The position numbers and the translations under genes were made by a program. A DNA stretch of 64,000 bases from Promethearchaeota archaeon (lineage in GTDB: Archaea; Asgardarchaeota; Lokiarchaeia; Sigyniarchaeales; SOKP01). The notes beneath the pieces are model-generated. The model saw only the letters and a program-made list of their open reading frames with translations. It searched no databases and was not told the origin of the DNA. Location: NCBI GenBank assembly GCA_048938005.1, contig JBHLMQ010000003.1:32001-96000 (forward strand), in the 5' to 3' direction. The stretch's first letter is position 1. Every line of letters begins with the position of its first letter. Below are positions 10,277 through 20,619 of the stretch, piece by piece.

Positions 10277-11374
10277 ATGGAGCCTAATTTACCAAGATTG
10301 CGAAGTTTAGCGAATAAGACATTTACTGAAATTCTTACAGATGGATTTAAATTGTTTATTCAAAGTTATAAAACAATAATTTTACCATTAGCTCTTTTCC
10401 AAGTAATATTAATTATACTAGATATATTTTTATTGACCGATATTAGGTGGCAAATTGATTCTTTTGGTATAAATTTTGCTTCCTTAATGGAAAGATTTGT
10501 TGAAGGAACATCACTTACCGAAAATGAATGGAACACTTTAACCTACTTTCTTTTACTGAATATAACTTTATTATACCTTCAAAATTTAATAGGCGCAATA
10601 CTAATTACAATTGCTATGTGTTCAGTTAGCAATTATGTTTTTAAAAAATATATGAATGAGGATGTCAGGTTTATAGAATCATTTAAATCAGCATTTAATA
10701 AAAAAATGTTCTTAGTTATTCTATTAATTGGAATATGTTTACCATTCAGTTCTCTATTATTATTCTTTCCTGTTATTATTATATTTGGTTTTTACATCTT
10801 TTTAGTATTCACTTATAATATAAATGATAATAATGCTAATCCCATTACAGAAGCTCGTGCTATTGCTAAGGGTGGTTTCTGGAAAATAATAGGAGTTTTT
10901 GTTATCAATGTAATTTTTATTTTTGTAATAAGTTTCATGTTTAATTCCCTATTAGATTTCATTTTAAACACAACTTCAACATCATTTAATGCTAGTGTAG
11001 CTAGTTGGTATAATCCAACAACAAGAAATTATGGAATGTTAATTCTATATCAAATACTCTTCAGCATTGTTGAGATCATTTTTGCACCATTATTTATTTG
11101 TTTATTGACCGTTTTATTTTCATCTTTAAAAGCTAGAAAAGATTTAAAATATCAATTTCAACAAGGATATTCTCCTGTAAGGGATTATTATCAAGAATCA
11201 TATCAATACCCTAAAGAAGAATCCTATGAAGTTATTGAAACAGAGAAAAGTACATCCCTACCAGAGATAAAGATTGATGGTAGATTCTATTGCCCATTTT
11301 GTGGAACATTTATTCAAATACCAAAGAAATTTTGCCCGAAATGTGGTGAGCATTTAAATTTTATAAATAAATAA
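10277..11374 (+). CDS. Multi-pass membrane protein with C-terminal double zinc ribbon
   Basis: Several TMs, Y/E/Q-rich linker, YCPFCG..KKFCPKCG. Confidence 0.8.
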   Translation: MEPNLPRLRSLANKTFTEILTDGFKLFIQSYKTIILPLALFQVILIILDIFLLTDIRWQIDSFGINFASLMERFVEGTSLTENEWNTLTYFLLLNITLLYLQNLIGAILITIAMCSVSNYVFKKYMNEDVRFIESFKSAFNKKMFLVILLIGICLPFSSLLLFFPVIIIFGFYIFLVFTYNINDNNANPITEARAIAKGGFWKIIGVFVINVIFIFVISFMFNSLLDFILNTTSTSFNASVASWYNPTTRNYGMLILYQILFSIVEIIFAPLFICLLTVLFSSLKARKDLKYQFQQGYSPVRDYYQESYQYPKEESYEVIETEKSTSLPEIKIDGRFYCPFCGTFIQIPKKFCPKCGEHLNFINK

Positions 11375-11385
11375 TTAAAAATTAA

Positions 11386-12186
11386 TTGAGAATAATGTAT
11401 ATAAATATTGAAAGAAAATTTGATTTAGAAAAAAAGAATCTTAAGAATCCGGTTGTGTTAATTGGATGGCCGGGTATTGCATTAGTAGCAAAATTAGCAA
11501 TTACATCTATAAAAGAATCTATAAATGCAGAAGAATTTATGAGCATTCAATGCTTTGATTTCCCTCCCAAATCAATCGTAGAAAAAGGCTCCTTAGAAAT
11601 ACCAACAGCAAAGTTATATTATAAACCAACAGATAAAGAAGATGGAAATGATTTTTTCATTTTGACGGCAAGTTATCAACCACAGAATCCTGAGGGTGTA
11701 TTTGAATTTTCTAAAATTTTTTGTGAAGAAATGAATAAGATAACTGGGGGGAATATAAAAATGTATGTGAGCACGGGTGCTATGATTTCTGATATTTTAC
11801 ATGATACACCTGTAGTGTATGTCTGTGGAACCGATCAAAATTTAGTTAAAACCTTCTTAGATTTTGAGCATACTAAATTATATGAAGGAGGATATATCTC
11901 TGGAGCAAATGGTATTTTACCAGCATGGGCAGGAGCAAATGGCTATGCTCCAGGAATATGTTTACTCGCAGAAACTCTTCCTTTACCTATGATGACTTTA
12001 GATCCTCGCAGTTCTAAGGCTCTTGTCACTTTATTGAAAGAATATTTCTCAATAGATATGGATTTTAGTAAACTTAATGAAAAAATTAAAGAAATGGAAA
12101 ACATTTTTGAATCATTTAAGAAACAAGCTGATCAATTCATGAAGCCACCACGTGAAGATAAAGGGGTAGATTCGTATTTTCGTTAA
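11386..12186 (+). CDS. PAC2-family proteasome assembly chaperone
   Basis: LIGWPGIALVAKLA, ISGANGIL, CLLAET..DPRSSKAL, C-terminal SYFR; true start may be ATG 11395. Confidence 0.88.
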   Translation: MRIMYINIERKFDLEKKNLKNPVVLIGWPGIALVAKLAITSIKESINAEEFMSIQCFDFPPKSIVEKGSLEIPTAKLYYKPTDKEDGNDFFILTASYQPQNPEGVFEFSKIFCEEMNKITGGNIKMYVSTGAMISDILHDTPVVYVCGTDQNLVKTFLDFEHTKLYEGGYISGANGILPAWAGANGYAPGICLLAETLPLPMMTLDPRSSKALVTLLKEYFSIDMDFSKLNEKIKEMENIFESFKKQADQFMKPPREDKGVDSYFR

Positions 12187-12335
12187 AGATATTTTATTTT
12201 TTTAATAAAACAAATTTTTAATAGAATAGACTTTTAATAATATTATTTAACATAAAAATCAAATTTACTCTTTTAATTAATTTTTATAAAAAAAAGATCT
12301 TTGAATAATTAATACCAAATTTGCTTTATTGAGTT

Positions 12336-13334
12336 ATGGTGCTAAAAACAAGTATCATTGAGAGCAATAGGAAAATCAAGGAGAGGATTTCAACCAAACT
12401 AAGTGGAATAAATGAAAAATCCAGTAACTATATTAAAGATATTATTACTTTGATTAATAAAGAAATAGGAGTTAATAAAGTCTTATCAATTTTGTTATTT
12501 GGGAGCCAGAGAGCAAAAAATAAGGAAGAAGCCTCTAAAATTTCTGATTGTGATTTACTGATTATCTTTAAGGATAGAGTCTCAAATCATCATATTAAAG
12601 AAATTGAAAAATATTTTATCGCATTAGAAATCAAACATAATTTTAGAGAATTTAATAAACACATTTCTAAAAGGATTTTAGGTGTAATCAATCAAACAAC
12701 AGGCATATTTGTAAGTCACTTCTTAACTAAAAAGAAATATTGGGAAGAAGTTGTCTTTCATAAAATATTTCGAGTAAATAAAGTTTTTTCATCTGTTTTT
12801 GCACCTCGAAATATTGTATTAGGTAATGTATTATTAAATAGTTCAGTTTTATACGGGGATGATTTAAGAGAAAGAATTCGACCAAAAATTCAAATTACTA
12901 CAGGAGAAATGTTTAGAAGTACTGTTATGAATCTCATGATTTCCCTTTTCTCTCTAGCGATATCATTTCTAAAAAATTTAAAGCCAACAAAATATCAGTT
13001 AGAAGCGATAAAATGGGCTTTAAAATCATCGAATTATTACTGTTTTCGAGATTCGGAAGGTCTTACTAGAGTTTCTGAACGATTTATCTCTTTTGAAAGA
13101 AAAAAAGCACAGAAAAAGGCGAGAAGATTTTTTTCTGAATTCCTCCAATTAAGAAAATTACCTCGTAATAATATGAATTTTATGATACGATGTCCTTTAC
13201 GAATAATTAAAATTCATATAAGAGCCCTTTTATACAAGAAATTGATAAAAAGAAAAGAAAATTTAAGAATTTCTTCTGAGCGAATTAAATCTAGGCCAAT
13301 TATCCCGAATCATACGTTTCCCTTAAAAATTTAA
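12336..13334 (+). CDS. Pol-beta-like nucleotidyltransferase with helical C-terminal domain
   Basis: ILLFGS..SDCDLLII (GS + DxD motif). Confidence 0.75.
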   Translation: MVLKTSIIESNRKIKERISTKLSGINEKSSNYIKDIITLINKEIGVNKVLSILLFGSQRAKNKEEASKISDCDLLIIFKDRVSNHHIKEIEKYFIALEIKHNFREFNKHISKRILGVINQTTGIFVSHFLTKKKYWEEVVFHKIFRVNKVFSSVFAPRNIVLGNVLLNSSVLYGDDLRERIRPKIQITTGEMFRSTVMNLMISLFSLAISFLKNLKPTKYQLEAIKWALKSSNYYCFRDSEGLTRVSERFISFERKKAQKKARRFFSEFLQLRKLPRNNMNFMIRCPLRIIKIHIRALLYKKLIKRKENLRISSERIKSRPIIPNHTFPLKI

Positions 13335-13491
13335 GCTTCTAATATCAAATTTGGAAAATCGAAATGCATTTCTTGAAATTCTAAATATAAAAATATAAAT
13401 ACTTTTTAATTTATTTAAAATTGTATTATAATCAGATTTTTTTTATAACAATCCTATAAATTAGTAAGAATATAAAAAATAGGTCTAAAAT

Positions 13492-14040
13492 ATGGTAGAA
13501 GAAATCGATATTCGGGAACTATTTTTCGACATATTAGATATTGTCAAATTTGAACTTAAATTTTATAGGTATAAAGAGTCTCCTATGTTTGAACGCATTG
13601 TAAAGACTCGTGTTTTCCAACAAAAATTACAAAAATTAAAGGATTTTATCAATACATATTTTGATATTATGTATAAAGATGAGGAGAGCCCAATTAATCA
13701 AGCTGCCCTTCAGACACAACTCGACAATATCGCCCGATTAACAAATTATTATGATGATTTATCAGATTTCTATACAGATCACACAAAATTAATGATCACT
13801 AAGGAAAAGCTACAAGCCTTAATTGATTATTCGCACGTCGAGGTCCTGTTCCTAGTGTTTACAAATATATTAGATTGGGAGCATTACAAGGCAAGCTTAC
13901 TATTCCCCACTGATAAGGCTAAAGAAAAATTACTAAAGGAGTTCCTCGCCAAACTTGCAAGCTCCGAAATTAAAGGTGTAGAAGACATTGTTGATTTAGA
14001 ACAATCTATAGAAAGTTTCGTTCAGAGCATTGAAATTTAA
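13492..14040 (+). CDS. Hypothetical helical protein
   Basis: 182-aa ORF with ATG and plausible RBS; no motif recognised. Confidence 0.7.
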   Translation: MVEEIDIRELFFDILDIVKFELKFYRYKESPMFERIVKTRVFQQKLQKLKDFINTYFDIMYKDEESPINQAALQTQLDNIARLTNYYDDLSDFYTDHTKLMITKEKLQALIDYSHVEVLFLVFTNILDWEHYKASLLFPTDKAKEKLLKEFLAKLASSEIKGVEDIVDLEQSIESFVQSIEI

Positions 14041-14178
14041 TTTTCAATTTAAGCTTTATTGTTATTCATTAATACGTATTTTTAATCTATAAAAAGAAAA
14101 TTTATATTAAGGCTAGATTGTTCTTTTCATAGAAATTATATATCGCTAAAATTGACTCAAGATTCTTGGTAATAATAT

Positions 14179-14673
14179 ATGGTAATAAATATTAAATTAT
14201 ATGGAGATTTAAGAGAAAAATCACCACGATTAAATAGTGATAATGGAGCTCCAAGTACATTACATATTAAAACAGATGGGATTAAAACAGTATATGATAT
14301 ATTAAATAAATTTGGAATAAGACTAGACGAAATCAGTCACATCTTTATAAATAGTAAATATTCCGGACCGGGAAAAGAAGTTAAAAACGGTGATCGAATT
14401 GGAATATTTCCTAAGAGAATGGGATTAATGTTTGTTGAAATACCTTACTCTAATTCTATAATAATCACAATAAAGTTATTTGCTAATTTAAGAAAATATG
14501 GTCCATCTGAAGCTAACTTAGCAATGTCTGAAGGTAGCACGATCAATTCGATAATAAAGCGTTATAAATTTCCCAAAAACTTAGAAAAATTAAAATTTTT
14601 AATCAATGGGAAACAAACTCATAACAAGAATTATGTATTAAAAAATAGAGATACGATTTCTATTCTTCCATAG
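14179..14673 (+). CDS. Tandem MoaD/ThiS (ubiquitin-like beta-grasp) protein lacking C-terminal Gly-Gly
   Basis: INIKLYGDLR..VKNGDRIGIFP and ITIKLFANLR..LKNRDTISILP. Confidence 0.8.
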   Translation: MVINIKLYGDLREKSPRLNSDNGAPSTLHIKTDGIKTVYDILNKFGIRLDEISHIFINSKYSGPGKEVKNGDRIGIFPKRMGLMFVEIPYSNSIIITIKLFANLRKYGPSEANLAMSEGSTINSIIKRYKFPKNLEKLKFLINGKQTHNKNYVLKNRDTISILP

Positions 14674-14838
14674 AATGATTGATGAGAGAATTTTCATATA
14701 TTAAAATAAGGAAAAGACCTTTTTTCATATGAGAAAAGAGACAATAGAATAATATAAATATACGATTTATTATGTATTTGCTTAAGCAATGTAGAGATCG
14801 TAAATAATTTAATATAATTTCGAAATTATTTTTTTAAA

Positions 14839-15105
14839 ATGGCCGATTGTTTCGACAAAATACTGGATATTTATACCAATAGTGAGGTAAAGAGATATAA
14901 AGCTCTAATTAAATTAATGAAGGATCTCGAAAAAGATATATCAAACGCAATACGAGTCAGAAATTGTTTAATTTTATTACTTAATTTATGCTTTAATCCA
15001 AACGCTCCTGATTATGCTTTTAATAAAGGTAAATCGCCACAAGAGCTTTCTGAACAAGAAAAGATCGAAATGCAAGATCTATTACGATGTGAATTTAATA
15101 ACTAA
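14839..15105 (+). CDS. Hypothetical protein
   Basis: 88-aa ORF filling a gap, convergent with the MFS gene. Confidence 0.6.
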   Translation: MADCFDKILDIYTNSEVKRYKALIKLMKDLEKDISNAIRVRNCLILLLNLCFNPNAPDYAFNKGKSPQELSEQEKIEMQDLLRCEFNN

Positions 15106-15112
15106 TTTTATT

Positions 15113-17395
15113 TTAAAAAACTTTAAGATCAATTTCTTTCCATTCATCATATTGATTAAAAATGTCATCAATTTTTCCTAAAGTTTCAATGAGAGCATTT
15201 CTTGTTTTTTTATCTTGTCTAAATGTATCCACAATTACAGCGTATAGATCCACATCATATTCTTGAGAAAGATCAGAAATTTTCTGTAAATCCTCTCTTT
15301 GAATTCCTTTTTCTTTTAATTGGTTGAAAAGAAGAAATTCAATTTCTTCTTTTAATTTGATGGTTGCACCTAGTGATTTAGTGCATTTATCATATAAATC
15401 TTGTTCCTTGTCTCTTACAATCGATTCCTCCTCTGTTAAATCAGATTTTTCTTCTACAATTTCAAGTCGTTCGCTTAATAAGTACTTTACACGTTCATAA
15501 GTTTTAATTGCTTCAGATATACTTCTTAAACCATTAAACAAATGCTGTTTTCGATTTAATCTGGCTTCAATGATTTTTAAATATGCATCTTCATAATAAG
15601 TTTGAATTTTTTGGAAGGTACTTTTCTCCCATTCACTTATTTGAACATAAATATATCGTAAATCTTTTATTAATTGTTTTTTATCTTCTCCTGTTAGATC
15701 TGGCTGATTAAGTTTAATATATATATTATTTGTCTCATGTTTAATTAAAAGAACTCTTAAATACATAATATGTGCTTTTTTTTCAATATTTGTGATACTT
15801 CTTGATACGCCTTCACGTTCACAGAATTTATAGATTGTTAATGCATCATCGAGTAATTTATTATATTTATTTTGGTCATCTAAAATATAGTATTTTGAAT
15901 CTTGAACTTTTTGAATTGCTCTGTCCATTTGGATTTCTATTTCAAATATATAATCAATTAAGCTCAATTGTTTTCTTTCTGATAAAATTCTTGATTTAGT
16001 ATTCATGTCTTTTTCTACGTTCTTACTAGCTAATAACCAGAAAAAAGCTGCTGGAAACCAGAAAAATATGCTAAAAAACATCATATTAAAGATCCCACCA
16101 AATATAGATATTAGCGTATATGAAATTAATAATGTTATTCCTTTACTTATTTGTTCTGAGAGTTTAAAAAATGAAGCCGCAGTCCCCTTGTGTTCAGGCA
16201 TATTAACATCTATCATAACTGCACTTCTGTTAGCAACAGGACCTGCTCCTAACATTGAAGCTATTAAAGCAAAAATAAAGAATATAATATAAGTTGGATA
16301 TGCAACAAAAATCGCACCAATTGTCCGAAAGATGTAGGAAAATAGCTCTTCAGTTGGAATTGTAGGAGGATATTCAATCATAATCTTTAAATCATCAGGA
16401 TCAATTGGACGTAAAGAGAGAAGTAAAACAAGAGCAAAAGGGATTGAAAGAATCAAACATATGGTAGCTAACCTTGCTCTATTTTTTTTATTGCGACGAA
16501 ATAATACATCACCTAAACGAGCAAAAAGACTATTGCCAAGAATATATCCAATTCCAATCATACCGGCAAAAATTGTCGCTGTTTGAAGCTGGATCTCAGG
16601 AGGAATTTGATCAAAATAATGAAGTACCAACATTGAAGTTGTGAAATATACTAATACAGTGCCAGGAATAATTGAGAAAAAACCCTGAATTATTAAATAA
16701 CGATTAGACTTTTTTTTTACGATGGTTTTTAAATCCTCTTTTGAAATTCGATAACTATATTCTAAGTCCAATTCAACTAACTCTAATAATTCATCTTCGC
16801 TTGCTCCACGCTGAGGAATTTTAACAAAAAAAAGGATAAATATGACTATCACACTTATTCCAGAAAGCAAAATGAATGGAAATCTCCATGTAAGAATTGG
16901 TCCCAAAAAAGAAGATAATCCTTGTCCTGCTCCATTTGAGATGGAACTTAAGATTGCTAAGGTTCCAAACCAACCTGATCTTTCCTCTGGTGGAATTGCA
17001 TCTGAAATTATTGAATACCCCACTGGTAGTACACATCCCAATCCCGCTCCACTTGCCATTCTTGAAATCACTAATGTAAGATAAGAATTGGCAGAAGCAG
17101 TTACAATCATTCCAATAGTCCAAGAAAAGGCCCCCGCCATAATCACTTTCTTTCTGTTAATTTTATCAGTATAATAACCCCAAAGTAAAGCAAAAAAAGC
17201 GCTGATTAACACAAAAAAAGCATCAGGAATTGCAATTAATGCCCTATCAATATCAAACTCATCTTGTATCTTCGTATAACTCGGAATAAGCATATTAGCA
17301 CATGCTGTTGAAATAAAAAGTAACAGCATTACTAATATAATTGGGGCGAAATCTTTGAATTTCACTTTCGTTAATTTAAAGCGTCCAATAAGCAA
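15113..17395 (-). CDS. MFS transporter with ~300-aa soluble helical C-terminal extension
   Basis: WGYYTDKINRKK (motif A), ISDAIPPEERS, LGDVLFRRNKK, DVNMPEHKGTA; charged tail. Confidence 0.85.
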   Translation of the reverse strand: MLIGRFKLTKVKFKDFAPIILVMLLLFISTACANMLIPSYTKIQDEFDIDRALIAIPDAFFVLISAFFALLWGYYTDKINRKKVIMAGAFSWTIGMIVTASANSYLTLVISRMASGAGLGCVLPVGYSIISDAIPPEERSGWFGTLAILSSISNGAGQGLSSFLGPILTWRFPFILLSGISVIVIFILFFVKIPQRGASEDELLELVELDLEYSYRISKEDLKTIVKKKSNRYLIIQGFFSIIPGTVLVYFTTSMLVLHYFDQIPPEIQLQTATIFAGMIGIGYILGNSLFARLGDVLFRRNKKNRARLATICLILSIPFALVLLLSLRPIDPDDLKIMIEYPPTIPTEELFSYIFRTIGAIFVAYPTYIIFFIFALIASMLGAGPVANRSAVMIDVNMPEHKGTAASFFKLSEQISKGITLLISYTLISIFGGIFNMMFFSIFFWFPAAFFWLLASKNVEKDMNTKSRILSERKQLSLIDYIFEIEIQMDRAIQKVQDSKYYILDDQNKYNKLLDDALTIYKFCEREGVSRSITNIEKKAHIMYLRVLLIKHETNNIYIKLNQPDLTGEDKKQLIKDLRYIYVQISEWEKSTFQKIQTYYEDAYLKIIEARLNRKQHLFNGLRSISEAIKTYERVKYLLSERLEIVEEKSDLTEEESIVRDKEQDLYDKCTKSLGATIKLKEEIEFLLFNQLKEKGIQREDLQKISDLSQEYDVDLYAVIVDTFRQDKKTRNALIETLGKIDDIFNQYDEWKEIDLKVF

Positions 17396-17446
17396 TTACC
17401 ACTCGACTATAATTATGATAAATAGCATTTGAGCCTTAAAAAAACT

Positions 17447-18160
17447 TTATAACGCCAAAAAATAATCAAGAGTTGCTTTTACATGAACTTCTAATGTATC
17501 AAGCAGAGTTTTGTTTATATCCTTTTGAGTTAATATTAACGGTAATTCGGTGCATCCTAAAATTACACCATCTACATTAGCGTAATTATTAATTATCTGG
17601 AGCAAGACCTTTTTACTTTCTTGTTTGAAGAAGCCAATTACTAATTCATCAAAAATTATTTTATCTATAACATCTTGCTCTTCATTGGAAGGTGTAATTA
17701 CTTCAATGCCTAATTTTCTACAATAATCTTGATAAAAAGTTGATTGCATTGTAAATTTTATACCAAGTAATAATAGTTTCTTCATGTTTTCTTGTCTTGC
17801 TTTTTCAGCAGTGGCTTTTACAATGCTCAAAATTGGAACTTTTGATAATTTTGCCAAATCTTCATATACTGCATGGGGAGAATTTGCCGCCATTACAATG
17901 AAACTAACTCCACCTTTTTCTAATGCGTTAATCCCTTCCATTAAATATTCTATATAATATGATTTATCATCTTCATGTTCTAAATTAATTACTTTCTGAA
18001 AATTTAGGCTAAAAATTAATACTTCAGGATAATTATAATCATTATACTTCTCATAATACTTTTCAAGAAGTAAATCATAATATTTAATCGTAGATTCATA
18101 AGACATACCACCCAAAATACCAATTCTATTCACTTTTTTTAAACCTCCTTTCCCATTCAC
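17447..18160 (-). CDS. Aspartate/glutamate racemase family (RacX-like)
   Basis: IGILGGMSYEST, AANSPH, ILGCTELP. Confidence 0.9.
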   Translation of the reverse strand: MNGKGGLKKVNRIGILGGMSYESTIKYYDLLLEKYYEKYNDYNYPEVLIFSLNFQKVINLEHEDDKSYYIEYLMEGINALEKGGVSFIVMAANSPHAVYEDLAKLSKVPILSIVKATAEKARQENMKKLLLLGIKFTMQSTFYQDYCRKLGIEVITPSNEEQDVIDKIIFDELVIGFFKQESKKVLLQIINNYANVDGVILGCTELPLILTQKDINKTLLDTLEVHVKATLDYFLAL

Positions 18161-18641
18161 TTCTCATTATTATTTTTTTTACATCTTTTAAATGATCTGT
18201 TGCTAAAATACCATTAAGATGGTCAATTTCATGCTGAACTAATTCTGAAAGATCATCAGAAAAATCCTCAAAAACTAAATTTCCATTCTCATCTTGATAT
18301 TCACATTTTATAGTTTTGTATCTTTGAATCTCTACAAAGAAAGCGATATCAAAACTATAACAACTATCCCAAATATTGATGGTTTCTTCGCTTTTCCAAG
18401 TAATTTTTGGATTCACCATATAGAAAGATTTATCTGGTAATTGGTAAAATATCAACCTTTTCATAATACCTATTTGCGGTGCTGCGATTGCTCTGCCAAG
18501 TTTTTTAGTTTCCTGGAGATTAGTTAGTGTATCCTTAAGATCTTGAAGGTGTTGTACAAAATCTAAATTAAAATCTTCAATAAGATATGATCTTTCTCTT
18601 AATTTTGGATTACCCAGCATTACAACTTCTTTAATTGCCAT
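18126..18641 (-). CDS. def: Peptide deformylase family
   Basis: AIAAPQIG, DSCYS (EGCLS position), QHEIDHLNGIL. Confidence 0.88.
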   Translation of the reverse strand: MAIKEVVMLGNPKLRERSYLIEDFNLDFVQHLQDLKDTLTNLQETKKLGRAIAAPQIGIMKRLIFYQLPDKSFYMVNPKITWKSEETINIWDSCYSFDIAFFVEIQRYKTIKCEYQDENGNLVFEDFSDDLSELVQHEIDHLNGILATDHLKDVKKIIMRSEWERRFKKSE

Positions 18642-18704
18642 AAAGGTTCACAATGAAAATTATTTTAATTATATCTTTTAATTATAAAGGAGTTAATTAT
18701 CTGA

Positions 18705-19262
18705 TTAATAATGAATTCTATCGGTAATAACTTTTCCCTTATCTGTAAACTCTATTCCTTCTAACTCTAACAACGCACGTTTCATATTGATACCACCTTG
18801 GTATCCTCCGAGTTCACCATTTGATTTAATCGCTCGATGACAAGGAATAATGATAGGAAATGGATTGTGGGCTAGTGCGTTTCCAACGACTCTGGCTCCC
18901 TTAGGAATGCCAATATGATTCGCAATTCGCTTATAAGTACTAATCCACCCTCTTGGAATCCCATAATCTGCTATAAGTACTCTCTTTTGAACTTCCGAAC
19001 ATTTTGTAAAATCAAGCAGCGCTAAGTCAAATTCTACATCTTTACCTCTAAGAAACCGTTGTACTTTCTCACCAAGTGACGCAATTAATGAAGATGATTG
19101 TGGTTTAACTTGGTTGAAAGATTCCTGAGCTTTCACTTCGGATTTGAGTTGAGGATCACTAAGAAATATACGTTGGATTAGTAAATTAGAGCCAGTTTCT
19201 TTCCATACAATAGTAAAAGTATCAAATGGAGAAGAAAATATAGTATAAAAACGATACTCCAT
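18705..19262 (-). CDS. ogt: Methylated-DNA-protein-cysteine methyltransferase
   Basis: ARVVGNALAHNPFPIIIPCHR active-site motif. Confidence 0.93.
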   Translation of the reverse strand: MEYRFYTIFSSPFDTFTIVWKETGSNLLIQRIFLSDPQLKSEVKAQESFNQVKPQSSSLIASLGEKVQRFLRGKDVEFDLALLDFTKCSEVQKRVLIADYGIPRGWISTYKRIANHIGIPKGARVVGNALAHNPFPIIIPCHRAIKSNGELGGYQGGINMKRALLELEGIEFTDKGKVITDRIHY

Positions 19263-19303
19263 ATTTTGTCAATATAATCATTAAAATATAAAGTTTTTTT
19301 ATG

Positions 19304-19340
19304 AATTTTATTCGTGAAATCATCGTTTCACGATAAATTT
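19304..19340. terminator. Inverted repeat just downstream of the opine dehydrogenase gene
   Basis: TCGTGAAA-n6-TTTCACGA with imperfect AT-rich extension. Confidence 0.4.
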
Positions 19341-19347
19341 TCAAAAT

Positions 19348-20619
19348 TTAGGTTCTCATCAATACACTTGGATCCTTCTTCTTTTTTATCGTGGTATCTC
19401 CAAATATTATTTCTCTAAAATCATTGAGATGACAAACCCAGCAAAAATTGTTATTTAGTGAATTTATATTACCACAATTAGAACAAACCTTAAAATCTTT
19501 TGGATGTGAGAAAATATGTTTTGCTTTGTAATATCCTTTTGTTTCCCACTCCAAATTTCTTAACTCTTTTAAATAATTTACAAAGAAATCAAATAATTTA
19601 AGTTTTTGTAAAGTCCTTCCAGTTTTCTTAAAATTTTCACCACATAAAATACTCGATAAATGAATTATCGCGTTGATTGAAGGTGTGGACACATTTAAAA
19701 ACTTGGCTAATGAAGCAACTGGTACAAGCCCCGTTGGTACATCTTCTGTAAAGTATCTTGTTATCAATTTATCAGGAGCATTTATATTTTTGTATGCTTT
19801 GACATTTTGAATAGATTCATAAATATTATCTGTATTAATACCATATGACTTTTTTACCCATTTATGAAATTTTAATTGTTTTAATCCTAACTTTAAAAAA
19901 ATTTCATTTAGCTCAAGTTCTATATTCTCAAGAACTTCACATATTCGTGGAGTAGCTCCTTCTTTATAAAACTTGAATTTTTTGCCAAAATCCATCATAC
20001 CCGCATTTAATAAAGATATTGTAGGATGCAATAACATTCCTATATTATTTAAAGTCACTTCAAGGTAATTTTCAACAGGATTAAATTGAGGAAATATTTC
20101 TTTTATCACATCATATACTAAAAATGTAAATTCACCAGGAAAAGTTGAAAAATTAACTGTATCTTTAATTGTAATTATATTAACTTCATTTCCAGCTAAT
20201 TCTCTTGAAGTAAAAAGGAGCGTTTGAGTCTCACCAACTTTAATGAAATTCTTCCTTTTTATCCCATCAATAATTCCTTTAACTTCTACAGAACCAAAGG
20301 TTCTTCCTGGATTTAATATTATGATTTGATTAGTAGATAATAGAGGAGCCAATTTTTTTGCTATGCTATTATGGGCTGAAGCAGGAATGACAACCATTAT
20401 TACATCTGCGTCTCTTATAGCCAATTTTAAGTTTTGTGTAATTAATTCAAGAGGAAAAAATCCTTCTAGTGCACCTTTTGCTTTAATTCCTCCTTTTTGT
20501 TTAATAGCACTTATTCTTGAATAAGAGCGATTATAAAGTGAGACGGGGAATCCTTTTGAAGAAATATAGGCAGCAAACGCTCTACCACCTGAACCCGCAC
20601 CAATCACGCAAAATTTCAC
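19348..20619 (-). CDS. NAD/NADP octopine/nopaline (opine) dehydrogenase family with C-terminal zinc ribbon
   Basis: VIGAGSGG Rossmann motif, LNPGRTFG, NNIGMLLHP, RYFTEDVPTGL; tail CSNC..CWVC. Confidence 0.88.
   Translation of the reverse strand: MKFCVIGAGSGGRAFAAYISSKGFPVSLYNRSYSRISAIKQKGGIKAKGALEGFFPLELITQNLKLAIRDADVIMVVIPASAHNSIAKKLAPLLSTNQIIILNPGRTFGSVEVKGIIDGIKRKNFIKVGETQTLLFTSRELAGNEVNIITIKDTVNFSTFPGEFTFLVYDVIKEIFPQFNPVENYLEVTLNNIGMLLHPTISLLNAGMMDFGKKFKFYKEGATPRICEVLENIELELNEIFLKLGLKQLKFHKWVKKSYGINTDNIYESIQNVKAYKNINAPDKLITRYFTEDVPTGLVPVASLAKFLNVSTPSINAIIHLSSILCGENFKKTGRTLQKLKLFDFFVNYLKELRNLEWETKGYYKAKHIFSHPKDFKVCSNCGNINSLNNNFCWVCHLNDFREIIFGDTTIKKKKDPSVLMRT

Noticed and set aside
14671-14685. 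Pyrrolysine/TAG read-through restoring a GG end on the MoaD-like protein
   Set aside because: Read-through gives only N-D then TGA; no Gly-Gly
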